Source: a candidate division WOR-3 bacterium
Lineage (GTDB): Bacteria > Hydrothermota > 32-111
NCBI GenBank assembly: GCA_039804105.1
Contig: JBDRZU010000002.1
Span: forward strand, 358,117 to 422,116
Direction of reading: 5' to 3'
Length of the DNA: 64,000 nt
Positions 50,231-60,370 of the stretch are shown one piece after another; position 1 is the first letter of the stretch, and each line of letters starts with the position of its first letter. The notes beneath the pieces are model-generated. The model was not told the origin of the DNA and searched no databases. It saw only the letters and a list, made by a program, of their open reading frames with translations. A program made the translations under genes and the position numbers.

Positions 50231-51072
50231 CAATCCTCCTTTGTTTTGTTGAGGTTTGGAACGAATTTCCATTTCTTTTTTTTGATTTTATTAAACTCTT
50301 CAAGTGTATGTGTTATGAGTCCACCATTCTCTTCAACATCTTTGTATTGTATTGTTACAAGATCATTGTATATATCAAGTTTTACGATTTTTCCCTCACC
50401 CAAACTTGTTATGACATTTGAATTAACAGGAGGGAATCTCTTGTAAACATCTTCGTAAAAATCCATTTCGTACATAAGACAACACATCAACCTTCCACAC
50501 ATACCTGAAACTTTTTGAGGTGTTACAGAAAGCCCCTGATCTTTTAGTGTTTGTAAAGTTATCGCTTCAAAATCTTTTAAAAATCTTCTACAACACAACT
50601 CTTCCCCACATGCTCCAAAACCTCCCAATCTTTTAGCATAATCCCTTACACCTATCTGTTTCATTTGGATCCTTGCATGAAAGAATGAAGCGAGTTGTTT
50701 TACAAGATTTCTAAAATCGACCCTTTTTTCAGAAATAAAATAGAATGTTATATGTTGACCATCAAAATGTATCTCTATATCAACAAGTTTTATATTGAGT
50801 CCATTCTCTTTTATGAATTTCAAAGTTGGCTCATAAGCATCTTTTTCTTTCATCTCATTTGATTTTTTCAACCTTATATCATCTTCCGTTGCCTTTCTTA
50901 TTATTTTTCCCACAGATTTCTCAAATTCGTATGGAAAGATTTTTAAAAGAATGCCTATATCAAGTCCCTGATCATGTTGACATATAACATATTTCCCTTC
51001 CTCAACATCTATGTTGGTCGGGATTTCAAACATTTTTCTCTCAGCACCTCTGAACTCAACTCTTCCAAACAT
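50230..51072 (-). CDS. ricT: PSP1-domain RicT/YaaT protein
   Basis: RVDFR.LVK.LA, CGEELCC and SGMCGRLMCCLMYE motifs. Confidence 0.88.
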   Translation of the reverse strand: MFGRVEFRGAERKMFEIPTNIDVEEGKYVICQHDQGLDIGILLKIFPYEFEKSVGKIIRKATEDDIRLKKSNEMKEKDAYEPTLKFIKENGLNIKLVDIEIHFDGQHITFYFISEKRVDFRNLVKQLASFFHARIQMKQIGVRDYAKRLGGFGACGEELCCRRFLKDFEAITLQTLKDQGLSVTPQKVSGMCGRLMCCLMYEMDFYEDVYKRFPPVNSNVITSLGEGKIVKLDIYNDLVTIQYKDVEENGGLITHTLEEFNKIKKKKWKFVPNLNKTKED

Positions 51073-52081
51073 TATCTTTAACTCCTTCGTTTAAATCAAA
51101 GAGGTGATTTATTATATGAACAGTTTGAAAGTTCACCTTTATATCCTGCTCAATACTCACCAACTCTTCAAGCATATCTGACATATTCTCAACAGTTTTT
51201 ACATTTTCACTTTCAAGTATTTTTTCGTTCAAATATTTAGATAGGACCTTTAAAAAAAGTTTTAAAAAATATTTTTCTTCTCCCTTTTTCGAAAGAGTTG
51301 AAAAATATTTTAAAAATCCATCCCTATCTCCTGAAAGAAACATATTCAAACTCTTATGGGAATCAAAAGATGTTTCAAGATCGATCTCTGGACTTATATA
51401 ACCATCAAAAATATAAAGATAGTTCTCTATCTTCTTTTCATCGTATCCGAGTTCTCTATATATTCTATAAAAATCATCTTTTGTAAGATAACCAAATTTT
51501 AAAACCTGACATCTTGAAACTATAGTTGGTAAAACACCGTTTAAATTGTCTGTTGTTAGAATAAACATTGTGGATTTTGGTGGTTCTTCAAGTATTTTCA
51601 AAAAAGTGTTCGCTGATTCTTTTCTCATCATCTCAATGTTTCTAACGATAAATATTCTCTTTTCACCCAAATATGGTTTTGTCGAAGATTCAACTATAAT
51701 CTCTCGTACAAGATCAACAGGAATATTTTCGTTTCCAGAGAATGAAAAAAAGTTTAGAAAAAACAAATACCTTTCTCTTTTGGTTGTTTTATCTTTTATA
51801 CCTTCCTGTAAGGCATCATTTATCGACTTTAAAATAGAATCTGAACTTATAATATCCTTTTTCAAAAAAGGATATACGATAAACAGATCTGGATGTTTAA
51901 ACTCTTCAACATATTTTCTATATTTTTCTCCAAAAATCTGTATAGCAAATTCTAAAGCAAGTGAGAATTTCCCGACTCCTTTGTTTCCAGTAAAAAGGTA
52001 AGCGTTAGCTACCCTTTTTTCAAGAATAGATTTTTCAAGTATACTTTTTACTTTTGAATGACCAACGATATTTTCAAACAT
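51056..52081 (-). CDS. holB: DNA polymerase III delta' subunit
   Basis: NAYLFTG..GVGK, HPD, ANTFLKILEEPP and TIVSRC motifs. Confidence 0.85.
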   Translation of the reverse strand: MFENIVGHSKVKSILEKSILEKRVANAYLFTGNKGVGKFSLALEFAIQIFGEKYRKYVEEFKHPDLFIVYPFLKKDIISSDSILKSINDALQEGIKDKTTKRERYLFFLNFFSFSGNENIPVDLVREIIVESSTKPYLGEKRIFIVRNIEMMRKESANTFLKILEEPPKSTMFILTTDNLNGVLPTIVSRCQVLKFGYLTKDDFYRIYRELGYDEKKIENYLYIFDGYISPEIDLETSFDSHKSLNMFLSGDRDGFLKYFSTLSKKGEEKYFLKLFLKVLSKYLNEKILESENVKTVENMSDMLEELVSIEQDIKVNFQTVHIINHLFDLNEGVKDNVWKS

Positions 52082-52082
52082 A

Positions 52083-53270
52083 CTATTTCTTTTTCAGATA
52101 CTGCAAAGGATTTATCGGCTTCCCATCCTTCCTCATCTCAAAATGTAAAACTGGTCCTTCAAGCGAACCCGTATCACCACCTTTTCCTATAATTTCACCT
52201 GCAAGAACCGGCTGGTTTAGCACCACATCTATTTCAGAAAGATGAGCATACAATGTATAATAACCGTTTCCATGATCTATCATCACCACATTTCCATACC
52301 CAAGAAATTTGTCAGCATAGATTATATCACCATCATAAACAGCATATATTGGATCTCCTATATTAACCTTTATGTCTATTCCATTATTTATCGTTTTTGT
52401 TCCATACTTTGGATGCATAACTGAACCATACGATGAAATCACTTTTCCATTTGCAGGCCAGATCACTTTACCTTTGTTCAGGTCAAAATAATGTTTCCCT
52501 TCTGAAACATCTCTTTTCTTATCAATCTTTTTCTGAGCGATCCTCAATTTGTTTATAAGGTATTGCAACGATTCTTGTGATTTGATCAACTCTTTTTCGA
52601 TATCTGTCTGTTTTTTTTGTTCGGTCTGTAAACCTTTCAAAAATTGCTTTTTTTGCTCAATTTTATTCTGGAGTTCTTGTTTTTCTTTTTCAACTTCAAT
52701 TTTCACAACAAGCAGTTGCTCTTTACTCTGATTGTACTCTTTAAGTTTTGTCTGATATAACACATGTAACTTTTTAACTTTATCGTAAAGTTTTTTATCC
52801 TGTTTTGCTAAAAGCAAAAGGTACCTTATCCTTTTTGCAAGATCTGCAAAAGATTTTGAGGTAAATACAACTTCAAATGTATGTATTTTTCCTTTTTTGT
52901 ATATGTTTACCACTCTTGTTTTCAGTTTCGATCTTCTATCGTTCAACTCGTTTTGAACTTTTACAAGTTCTTTTTCTGTTGTATCTATTTTTAAAGTCAA
53001 AAGTTTATCTTTTGTTTCAAGTTGTTTTATCAGAAGATCTGTTAAATATATCTCTTCATCCATCTTATTCAAACTGTAAAGTGTTTTTGTCTCCTCAAGT
53101 TTTAACGAGTCCTTTCTCTCTTTGATCTGATTCAACTGTTTTTTCAGGTCATTTAACTTTTTCTCATTCTCACTAATCTTTTTATCAATATCATTATCAG
53201 CAAAAATACTTATAAAAATTATAAAAAAAAGTAAAAAACTAAAAACAACTTTTTTTGATGATACTATCAA
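52083..53270 (-). CDS. envC: EnvC-like coiled-coil/M23 murein hydrolase activator
   Basis: Long coiled coil followed by WPANG, NNGID (degenerate HxxxD), YAHL and LHFE; start uncertain. Confidence 0.75.
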   Translation of the reverse strand: MIVSSKKVVFSFLLFFIIFISIFADNDIDKKISENEKKLNDLKKQLNQIKERKDSLKLEETKTLYSLNKMDEEIYLTDLLIKQLETKDKLLTLKIDTTEKELVKVQNELNDRRSKLKTRVVNIYKKGKIHTFEVVFTSKSFADLAKRIRYLLLLAKQDKKLYDKVKKLHVLYQTKLKEYNQSKEQLLVVKIEVEKEKQELQNKIEQKKQFLKGLQTEQKKQTDIEKELIKSQESLQYLINKLRIAQKKIDKKRDVSEGKHYFDLNKGKVIWPANGKVISSYGSVMHPKYGTKTINNGIDIKVNIGDPIYAVYDGDIIYADKFLGYGNVVMIDHGNGYYTLYAHLSEIDVVLNQPVLAGEIIGKGGDTGSLEGPVLHFEMRKDGKPINPLQYLKKK

Positions 53271-54207
53271 CGATATCTTCCTTTTTAACATTTTCCATCT
53301 CACCTTTAAATGATAAAATCAACCTGTGTTTCAAAACATAAGGTGCAACCTTTACAACATCATCTATATCCGGTGTAACTCTTCCATCCATCAGTGCATA
53401 TCCTTTTGCTGCAGCAATGATAAAAATTCCCGCTCTTGGACTTGCTCCCCATTTGATATATTCTTTTACAAGCTCAACTTCACTCGTTTCAGGTCTTGAG
53501 TTTCTTAAAATTTTCGATACAGTTTCAACAATGTTCGATCCAACAGGTATATTTTTAACATATTCTTGAATCTTTATTATCTCTTCTTTTCTTACTATAC
53601 TTTCATCTATTTTAAAATTTTCGTTCACAATTCTCTGTTTTAAAATCTCCATTTCATACCGTTTTTCAGGGTAATTTATTTCTATCATAAACATGAATCT
53701 ATCAAGTTCCGCTTCAGGTAAAGGATATGTGCCTTCCTGTTCGATCGGGTTTTGAGTAGCAAAAACATTGAAGGGCTTTTCGAGTTGATAATCAACACCT
53801 TCATTTGTGACCATTCTTTCTTCCATCGATTGTAAAAGTGCTGCCTGAGTTTTGGGAGGTGTTCTATTTATCTCATCAGCAAGTATTATATTTGCAAACA
53901 CAGGACCTTTTATGAATTTATACAAAGTTTCATTTCCATCTTTTCTTAGAACTGTAGTTCCCGTTATATCTGAAGGCATAAGGTCGGGAGTAAACTGGAT
54001 TCTGCTGTATTTACAATCTATACTCCTTGCGATAAGTTTTATTATCAATGTTTTTGCAAGACCAGGAACACCAACTATTATGGAATGTGAATCACATATC
54101 AATGTCAGAAATACCATCTTTATTATCTGATCCTGTCCTACAACAACTTTTTTAACATTATTTTCTATTCTGTTATAAATTTTTGAAACATCAATAATTT
54201 CATTCAT
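53239..54207 (-). CDS. moxR: MoxR-family AAA+ ATPase
   Basis: [25 protein letters not shown] and EGTYPLPEA motifs. Confidence 0.92.
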   Translation of the reverse strand: MNEIIDVSKIYNRIENNVKKVVVGQDQIIKMVFLTLICDSHSIIVGVPGLAKTLIIKLIARSIDCKYSRIQFTPDLMPSDITGTTVLRKDGNETLYKFIKGPVFANIILADEINRTPPKTQAALLQSMEERMVTNEGVDYQLEKPFNVFATQNPIEQEGTYPLPEAELDRFMFMIEINYPEKRYEMEILKQRIVNENFKIDESIVRKEEIIKIQEYVKNIPVGSNIVETVSKILRNSRPETSEVELVKEYIKWGASPRAGIFIIAAAKGYALMDGRVTPDIDDVVKVAPYVLKHRLILSFKGEMENVKKEDIVDSIIKKSCF

Positions 54208-56731
54208 CTTTTTCCTCTAAATTCTGTTCTTCATCTGTTCCTTCATCCTCTTCTTCATTTTGTTGTTCATCAGCATTTTTTTCTGTTCCATTTCCATTCT
54301 CGTTGTATTCGTGTGCTATTATCGCAACATCGACAAGTTTATCACCTTCAGCAAGGTTCATCAATCTAACACCAGCAGTGTTTCTTCCAATAACTCTTAT
54401 ATCTGATACCGCAATCCTTACTATCTGTCCCGATTCTGCTATCAAAAGAAGTTCATCTTTATCAAGAACTTCAATCGCATCAACAACAGCACCATTCCTT
54501 TCATGTGTTTTTATAGCGATAACCCCTTTTCCACCTCTGTGTGTCTTTCTATATTCCTGCATCTCTGATCTTTTCCCATATCCATTTTCAGTCGCGATAA
54601 ACAATGTCGATTCTCTTTTGACAACAACCATACTCACAACTTCATCATCCTCTTCAAGAGTAACACCTTTAACACCGGTTGCACCTCTTCCCATATCTCT
54701 CACTTCATTTTCTTCAAATCTTATAGCCATTCCCCACTTTGTTACTATGATAACATCGTTTGTTCCATCAGTTAAAGCAACATCTGCAACATTATCATTT
54801 TCATTGAGATTCAATGCTATTATCCCACCTTTTCGTGGGTTACTGAATGCAGAAAGTTCTGTTTTCTTTGCTATACCATTTTTTGTGATTATGAAAACAA
54901 AATGTTTATCATCAAACTCTCTTACAGGAACAGTTCCTCTGATCTCTTCATCCTTTTCAAGTTCAAGAAGATTAACTATCGCTCTTCCTTTTGATGTTCT
55001 ACCACCTTCAGGTATCTGGAAAACTTTTAACCAGTAGACCTTTCCTTTATTCGTGAAGAAGAGAATATACTGGTGTGTTGATGCGATAAAAATCTTTTCA
55101 GCGAAATCATCATCTTTTGTTGTTAACCCGATTATACCCTTTCCACCTCTATTCTGTTTCCTGTATGAAGAGATCGATTGTCTTTTAATATATCCCTGAT
55201 GTGTTATCGTAACTATAACATTCTCATCAGCGATAAGATCCTCTATTTCAAGTTCCTCATCCTCATTTGGAACTATTTCTGTTAATCTTCCATCTCCATA
55301 CTCTTTTTTGATTTCAAGAAGTTCTTCTTTCACAACATTTAAAATATTTTTCTCAGATGAAAGGATGAATTTCAACCTTTCAATAAGTTTTATCAACTCC
55401 TCATATTCCTGATCAAGTTTCTCTCTTTCAAGACCTGTCAACCTTGCAAGTTTCATTTCAAGAATAGCGTTTGCCTGTATTTCTGAGAGTTTAAATTTTT
55501 TCTGAAGTTTTTCTGAAGCATCTTGAACATTCTCTGATGTTTTTATTATCTTTACAACCTCATCGATATTTGAAACAGCGATTTTGAGTCCTTCAACTAT
55601 GTGTGCTCTTTCCTCTGCTTTTTTCAAATCAAATTCTGTTCTCCTTCTGACAACCTCTTCCCTATGTTTTATATAATGATGGATAATATCCTTTAACCCT
55701 AAAACTTTCGGTTCATTGTTTACAAGACAGATAAACATTATCGAATATGAAGTTTTCAGTTGAGTGTGCTTGTAAAGTTGATTCAGAACAACTCTTTTTT
55801 CTGCACCTCTTTTGAGTTCAAGCACTATCCTCATCCCATCTCTATCACTTTCATCTCTTATATCTGAAATATCTTCTATGACTTTATTGTTAACAAGTTC
55901 AGCAATCTTTTCGATCAACTTTGCTTTGTTTGTCTGATAAGGGATTTCAGTTATTATGATCTGTTCTTTTTCATTCTTTTTTGTTTCAAACTTAACTTTT
56001 CCTTTTAAAATTATCTGTCCTTTACCTGTTTCATACGCTTTTTTTATTCCACTGACTCCCTGAATTATTCCGCCTGTTGGAAAATCAGGTCCTTTTATAT
56101 ATTTCATCAATTTATCAACAGAGATTTCAGGATTATCTATATATGCAACCATTCCATCAACAAGTTCTGTTATATTGTGTGGTGGTATATTTGTTGCCAT
56201 TCCAACAGCGATTCCTGATGTTCCATTTGCAAGTATATTTGGGAATTTTGAAGGAAGCACAACAGGTTCTTTATATGAACCATCAAAGTTAGGCATAAAA
56301 TTAACAGTATCCTTGTCTATATCAACAAGCATCTCCTCTGCGATTTTCGAGAGTTTTGCTTCAGTATACCTGTAAGCAGCAGCAGAATCACCATCTATTG
56401 AACCAAAGTTACCCTGCCCTTTTACAAGAGGATATCTCAAAGAAAAATCCTGTACCATCCTGACAAGTGTTTCATAAACAGCCATATCACCATGTGGATG
56501 GTATTTTCCAAGAACATCTCCAACAACTGTTGCTGACTTCTTGAATGGCTTGTTATGGTAAAGTCCAAGTTCCTTCATCGCATAAAGTATTCTACGATGA
56601 ACCGGTTTCAAACCATCTCGAACATCAGGTAAAGCCCTGCTTATGATTACAGACATAGCGTAATCAAGATAAGAGGACTTCATTTCATCTTCAATCGTTA
56701 CATCTACAATTCTCTGTCTATTGATATCCAT
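54200..56731 (-). CDS. gyrA: DNA gyrase subunit A
   Basis: [27 protein letters not shown], GyrA-box QNRGGKG and an acidic tail. Confidence 0.97.
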   Translation of the reverse strand: MDINRQRIVDVTIEDEMKSSYLDYAMSVIISRALPDVRDGLKPVHRRILYAMKELGLYHNKPFKKSATVVGDVLGKYHPHGDMAVYETLVRMVQDFSLRYPLVKGQGNFGSIDGDSAAAYRYTEAKLSKIAEEMLVDIDKDTVNFMPNFDGSYKEPVVLPSKFPNILANGTSGIAVGMATNIPPHNITELVDGMVAYIDNPEISVDKLMKYIKGPDFPTGGIIQGVSGIKKAYETGKGQIILKGKVKFETKKNEKEQIIITEIPYQTNKAKLIEKIAELVNNKVIEDISDIRDESDRDGMRIVLELKRGAEKRVVLNQLYKHTQLKTSYSIMFICLVNNEPKVLGLKDIIHHYIKHREEVVRRRTEFDLKKAEERAHIVEGLKIAVSNIDEVVKIIKTSENVQDASEKLQKKFKLSEIQANAILEMKLARLTGLEREKLDQEYEELIKLIERLKFILSSEKNILNVVKEELLEIKKEYGDGRLTEIVPNEDEELEIEDLIADENVIVTITHQGYIKRQSISSYRKQNRGGKGIIGLTTKDDDFAEKIFIASTHQYILFFTNKGKVYWLKVFQIPEGGRTSKGRAIVNLLELEKDEEIRGTVPVREFDDKHFVFIITKNGIAKKTELSAFSNPRKGGIIALNLNENDNVADVALTDGTNDVIIVTKWGMAIRFEENEVRDMGRGATGVKGVTLEEDDEVVSMVVVKRESTLFIATENGYGKRSEMQEYRKTHRGGKGVIAIKTHERNGAVVDAIEVLDKDELLLIAESGQIVRIAVSDIRVIGRNTAGVRLMNLAEGDKLVDVAIIAHEYNENGNGTEKNADEQQNEEEDEGTDEEQNLEEKDE

Positions 56732-56743
56732 TTACAAAACTCC

Positions 56744-57046
56744 TTAGTATTGTGGATAATTTTTGTTTTTTACATTCCCATTGTTTTTGTTATAAACAAA
56801 ATCTTCTAAAGGATTTTCAAGTGTTAGATTGAGCTCTGAAAGATCATCAGGATACCTTCCATAGTTCATATAAAAGGATGCTATGCCATTTCTCAACTTG
56901 TTAAGGTCAGATAACACTTTTGTTTTATCAGGAAGTTGTAATACTTTTTCAGTTGTTTTTACCGTTTCTTTCTTTGTCTCACAAGCGTTAAACAATATCA
57001 GGATAAATAAACTTAAAATAAAAATATATAATATTTTTTTTGCCAT
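56744..57046 (-). CDS. small lipoprotein with a GspG/pilin-like core
   Basis: Lipobox FNAC; LRNGIASFYMNYGRYPDDLSEL. Confidence 0.55.
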   Translation of the reverse strand: MAKKILYIFILSLFILILFNACETKKETVKTTEKVLQLPDKTKVLSDLNKLRNGIASFYMNYGRYPDDLSELNLTLENPLEDFVYNKNNGNVKNKNYPQY

Positions 57047-57071
57047 AAGAACTCCTAAAATTTAACATTTT

Positions 57072-57100
57072 ATTATAACAAAAAATTGGAAATCTTTCAA
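57072..57100 (-). promoter_or_regulatory. predicted promoter TTGAAA-N17-TATAAT (extended TG) for the gyrA operon
   Basis: Motif on the minus strand. Confidence 0.5.
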
Positions 57101-57123
57101 CTAAAATCATTACATCTTAAAAT

Positions 57124-57150
57124 AAAAATGGGCAGATATTGAATCTGCCC
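57124..57150 (-). terminator. tracrRNA intrinsic terminator
   Basis: GGGCAGAT/ATCTGCCC 8-bp stem plus a U tract on the minus strand. Confidence 0.8.
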
Positions 57151-57197
57151 GCTGAGCCCCGTAGGGCTTAACAGTTCGGCTTTCGCCTTACTGGGAC

Positions 57198-57225
57198 TTG
57201 ACTACAAAAACATTTTAAGTAGAAT
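57198..57225 (+). promoter_or_regulatory. predicted cas9-operon promoter TTGACT-N16-TAGAAT embedded in the anti-repeat
   Basis: Motif ends 46 nt before the cas9 ATG. Confidence 0.6.
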
Positions 57226-57232
57226 TGTAAAT

Positions 57233-57260
57233 ATTTTAACTAATTAAAAATTTTTGTCAA
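57233..57260 (-). promoter_or_regulatory. predicted tracrRNA promoter TTGACA-N16-TAAAAT
   Basis: Predicted start of about 57226 coincides with the anti-repeat 5' end. Confidence 0.7.
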
Positions 57261-57271
57261 GGGGGAATTTT

Positions 57272-60200
57272 ATGAAGTATGTTCTTGGTCTTGATCTTGG
57301 ATACAACTCGATCGGTTGGGCTATGGTTGAACAGGATGAGAATGGTAATCCCATAAAACTTATAAATACAGGGGTTCGTTTGTTTGATCCTTCAGTTGAA
57401 GATATGGAAAAGGATGGAAAGGGCAAAACAAAAAATGTCACAAGAAGAGAAGCAAGGTTAAGAAGAAGACAACTTTTCAGAAAAACAAAGCGACTTGAAA
57501 AACTGTTGAATTTTTTTATAGAAAATAATTTTTTCGAAGATCAAAAAAGCAAGATATATGATTCTTTTGAAAGGGATGAATTTTTATCCAAACTTGATAA
57601 AGAATTGTTAAATCCTTACCTCTTAAGGAGAAAAGGCCTTGACGAAAAACTTGAATTGAAAGAACTCGCAAGGATATTTTACCATATTGCACAACATAGA
57701 GGATTTAAAACAACAAAAAGAGAACTTGCAAAAATGGAAGATAATAGTGAAAAGAAAAAAGAATCAGGTATAGTACAGAGTGAAATAAATTCACTTGCTG
57801 AACAAATAAAACAATCTGGCAGTAGAACCTTGGGAGAATATTTTGCAACACTATTTGAAAAAGGCGAAAGAATCAGAGGAAAACATACAAGTAGAAAAAT
57901 GTATGAAGAAGAGTTTGAGCAAATTTTCAAAAAACAAAAAGAGTTTTATCCTGAAATTCTAACAGATGATTTCAAGAAAAAACTTTATAAACTAATATTC
58001 TTTCAGAGAGAATTGAAAAGCCAGAAAGATAAAGTTGGAGAATGTATTCTTGAAAAAGGGAAAAAAAGAGCACCACTTGCTCTCCTTGATTCTCAAAGAT
58101 TCAGATATATGTGTAAGGTGAACAATTTGAAACTGATCGATAAAGATACTGGAGAAATCACAGAATTAACAAAAGAAGAAAAACAAAAAATTTTCAAAGA
58201 ACTCGAAAACAACGAAAAACTTTCTTTTGATAAAATTAAAAAACTTCTTGGGATAAAAGATAAAAAAAGATTCATTTTCAATATTGAAAAAGGAGGAGAA
58301 AAAGATATCACAGGAAACAGAACAAATGTTAAGATGAAAAAGGTTTTTGATGATTGGGACAATTTTGATGAAGAGAAAAAGAATTCCCTGATAAATGAAA
58401 TTCGAACAATTGTGAAAATCGACGCACTTGAAAGAAGAGGGTTAAAACTTGGATTTTCTCCTGAACAGGCAAAAAAATTTTCACAGGTTGTTTTTGAAGA
58501 TGGATATTTAAGTTATTCCAAAAAGGCGATAGAAAAACTTTTACCATTTTTAAAAGAAGGTGATAAAGAGTATGATGCGATAAAAAAAGTTTACTCTGTT
58601 GAACTTGATAATCCGATACACGAAGAATTCGATTTTCTTCCTGAGATAGAAGATGTTATTCAGGTCAGAAATCCACTCGTTGAAAGAACACTTTCTGAAA
58701 CAAGATATCTTGTAAACTTTTTAATAAAAAAATATGGTAAACCAGAAACAATAAAGATAGAACTTGCGCGAGAGTTGAAACTTTCAAACAAACAAAAAGA
58801 ACAAAAAGTAAAAGAGAACAGAGAAAATCGAAAAAAAAGAGAGGATGCAATTGAGAAAATAAAAAATGATTTGAACATAACAGAACCAACAGAGGATCAG
58901 ATTTTAAGATATCTTCTTGCTGAAGAATGCAGCCGGCATTGTCCTTATACAGGGAAATCTATTAATATGAACGATCTGTTGGGTCCTCATCCTTTATTTG
59001 ATATAGAGCATATAATTCCATTTGATCGTTCTCTTGATAACTCTTTTTTAAACAAAACTCTTTGTTATTCAGAAGAAAATAGAAATATAAAACACAATAA
59101 AACACCGTATGAAGCATATTTTGGAACAGACAAATGGGAAGGAATAATTGAAAGAGTTAAAAAATTCAACGGAAATGCCCGACTTGAAAAATTGAGAAGA
59201 TTTCAGATGACACCTGAACAGGTTGAAAAACATTTTGAAAATTTTTCATCTCAATATTTAAACGATACAAGATACGCTTCAAAAGAAGCAAAAAAATATC
59301 TTGGTTTACTCTATGGTGGAATAAAAGATGATGGAATGGACAAAAACAAGATCAGAAGAGTTATTGCAACTTCTGGCTCTGTTACAGCAACATTAAGAAA
59401 AGCCCTTGGATTGAATACAGTTTTGAATGAAGAAAATTTCAAAATAAGAGATGATCACCGACAGCATGCTATCGATGCTATAACAATAGCGTTAACTGAT
59501 AACTCAACTATCAAAAAAATTTCAGATGCAGCAAAAAAAGAAAAATCTTTAGAAAAACTTTTCAAAAACTATCCTCTTCCTTGGGAAAATTTCAGACAGG
59601 AGGTTCAAGAAAAAATTACAAACCTCCTTGTTTCAAGAAAAGTTAATAAAAAGGTCTCAGGACAGATTCATGATGAAACATATTACAAAAAACCTTTTGA
59701 AGAGAATGGTCAATCTTATACACATAAAAGAGTTAATCTTGAAAATTTAAGTGAAAAAGATATTGAAAATATTGTTGATCCAAAAATAAAAGAGATTATA
59801 AAATCATCCTTGAATGGAGAAGATCCAAAAATCAAATTCAAAGATCCAAAAAATCATCCTTATATCGAACAAAAAGAGGGAAGAAAAGTTCAAATACATA
59901 AGGTTACAATAAAAATTAAATTTGAAACATATAATGAAATCGGACCAGAAAAAGCCAAAAGATATGTTCAATCTGCAGATAGCCATCACATTGAAATCTT
60001 TGAGGACTTACAAACAGGAAAATGGGATGGATATGTTGTTTCTCTCCTTGAGGCATATAAAAGAAAAAAAGATAATCTTCCAATCGTAAACAGAGAATTT
60101 GGAGAGAACAAAAAATTCTTATTTTCACTTGCAAAAGGAGAGATCATTGAACTTGACACTGAAGATGGGAAAAGAGAATTGTTTGTGGTGCGAAGAATAG

Positions 60201-60370
60201 CAGGTAACAATAAACAATTATTATTTTCTAAAATCAATGATGCAAGGAAATCTGATGAAATTAATAAAAATTCAAAAGGTTTGACTGCTGTTCCATCTGG
60301 ACTAAAAGAAAGAAATTGTAGAAAAGTTGTTATAAACATTCTTGGAGAAAAACATTACGCAAATGATTGA
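57272..60370 (+). CDS. cas9: type II-C Cas9, 1032 aa
   Basis: RuvC-I GLDLGYNSIGWA, Arg-rich bridge helix, IELARE, HNH DIEHIIPF...N, RuvC-III HAIDA. Confidence 0.97.
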   Translation: MKYVLGLDLGYNSIGWAMVEQDENGNPIKLINTGVRLFDPSVEDMEKDGKGKTKNVTRREARLRRRQLFRKTKRLEKLLNFFIENNFFEDQKSKIYDSFERDEFLSKLDKELLNPYLLRRKGLDEKLELKELARIFYHIAQHRGFKTTKRELAKMEDNSEKKKESGIVQSEINSLAEQIKQSGSRTLGEYFATLFEKGERIRGKHTSRKMYEEEFEQIFKKQKEFYPEILTDDFKKKLYKLIFFQRELKSQKDKVGECILEKGKKRAPLALLDSQRFRYMCKVNNLKLIDKDTGEITELTKEEKQKIFKELENNEKLSFDKIKKLLGIKDKKRFIFNIEKGGEKDITGNRTNVKMKKVFDDWDNFDEEKKNSLINEIRTIVKIDALERRGLKLGFSPEQAKKFSQVVFEDGYLSYSKKAIEKLLPFLKEGDKEYDAIKKVYSVELDNPIHEEFDFLPEIEDVIQVRNPLVERTLSETRYLVNFLIKKYGKPETIKIELARELKLSNKQKEQKVKENRENRKKREDAIEKIKNDLNITEPTEDQILRYLLAEECSRHCPYTGKSINMNDLLGPHPLFDIEHIIPFDRSLDNSFLNKTLCYSEENRNIKHNKTPYEAYFGTDKWEGIIERVKKFNGNARLEKLRRFQMTPEQVEKHFENFSSQYLNDTRYASKEAKKYLGLLYGGIKDDGMDKNKIRRVIATSGSVTATLRKALGLNTVLNEENFKIRDDHRQHAIDAITIALTDNSTIKKISDAAKKEKSLEKLFKNYPLPWENFRQEVQEKITNLLVSRKVNKKVSGQIHDETYYKKPFEENGQSYTHKRVNLENLSEKDIENIVDPKIKEIIKSSLNGEDPKIKFKDPKNHPYIEQKEGRKVQIHKVTIKIKFETYNEIGPEKAKRYVQSADSHHIEIFEDLQTGKWDGYVVSLLEAYKRKKDNLPIVNREFGENKKFLFSLAKGEIIELDTEDGKRELFVVRRIAGNNKQLLFSKINDARKSDEINKNSKGLTAVPSGLKERNCRKVVINILGEKHYAND

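Larger units (their letters stand above)
57124..57226 (-). ncRNA. tracrRNA (about 100 nt)
   Basis: 36-nt anti-repeat at 57190-57225 (32/36 identical to the repeat), nexus GGC-GAAA-GCC, hairpin AGCCC-UACG-GGGCU, terminator hairpin. Confidence 0.9.

Noticed and set aside
54303..55037. 244-aa antisense ORF within gyrA, and similar shadow ORFs in comM, pst, holB and fusA
   Set aside because: Opposite-strand shadows of conserved genes, with no motifs or SD
57254..57271. ORF-track TTG start of cas9
   Set aside because: SD AAGGGGGA precedes ATG 57272, which gives the canonical MKYVLGLDLG N-terminus
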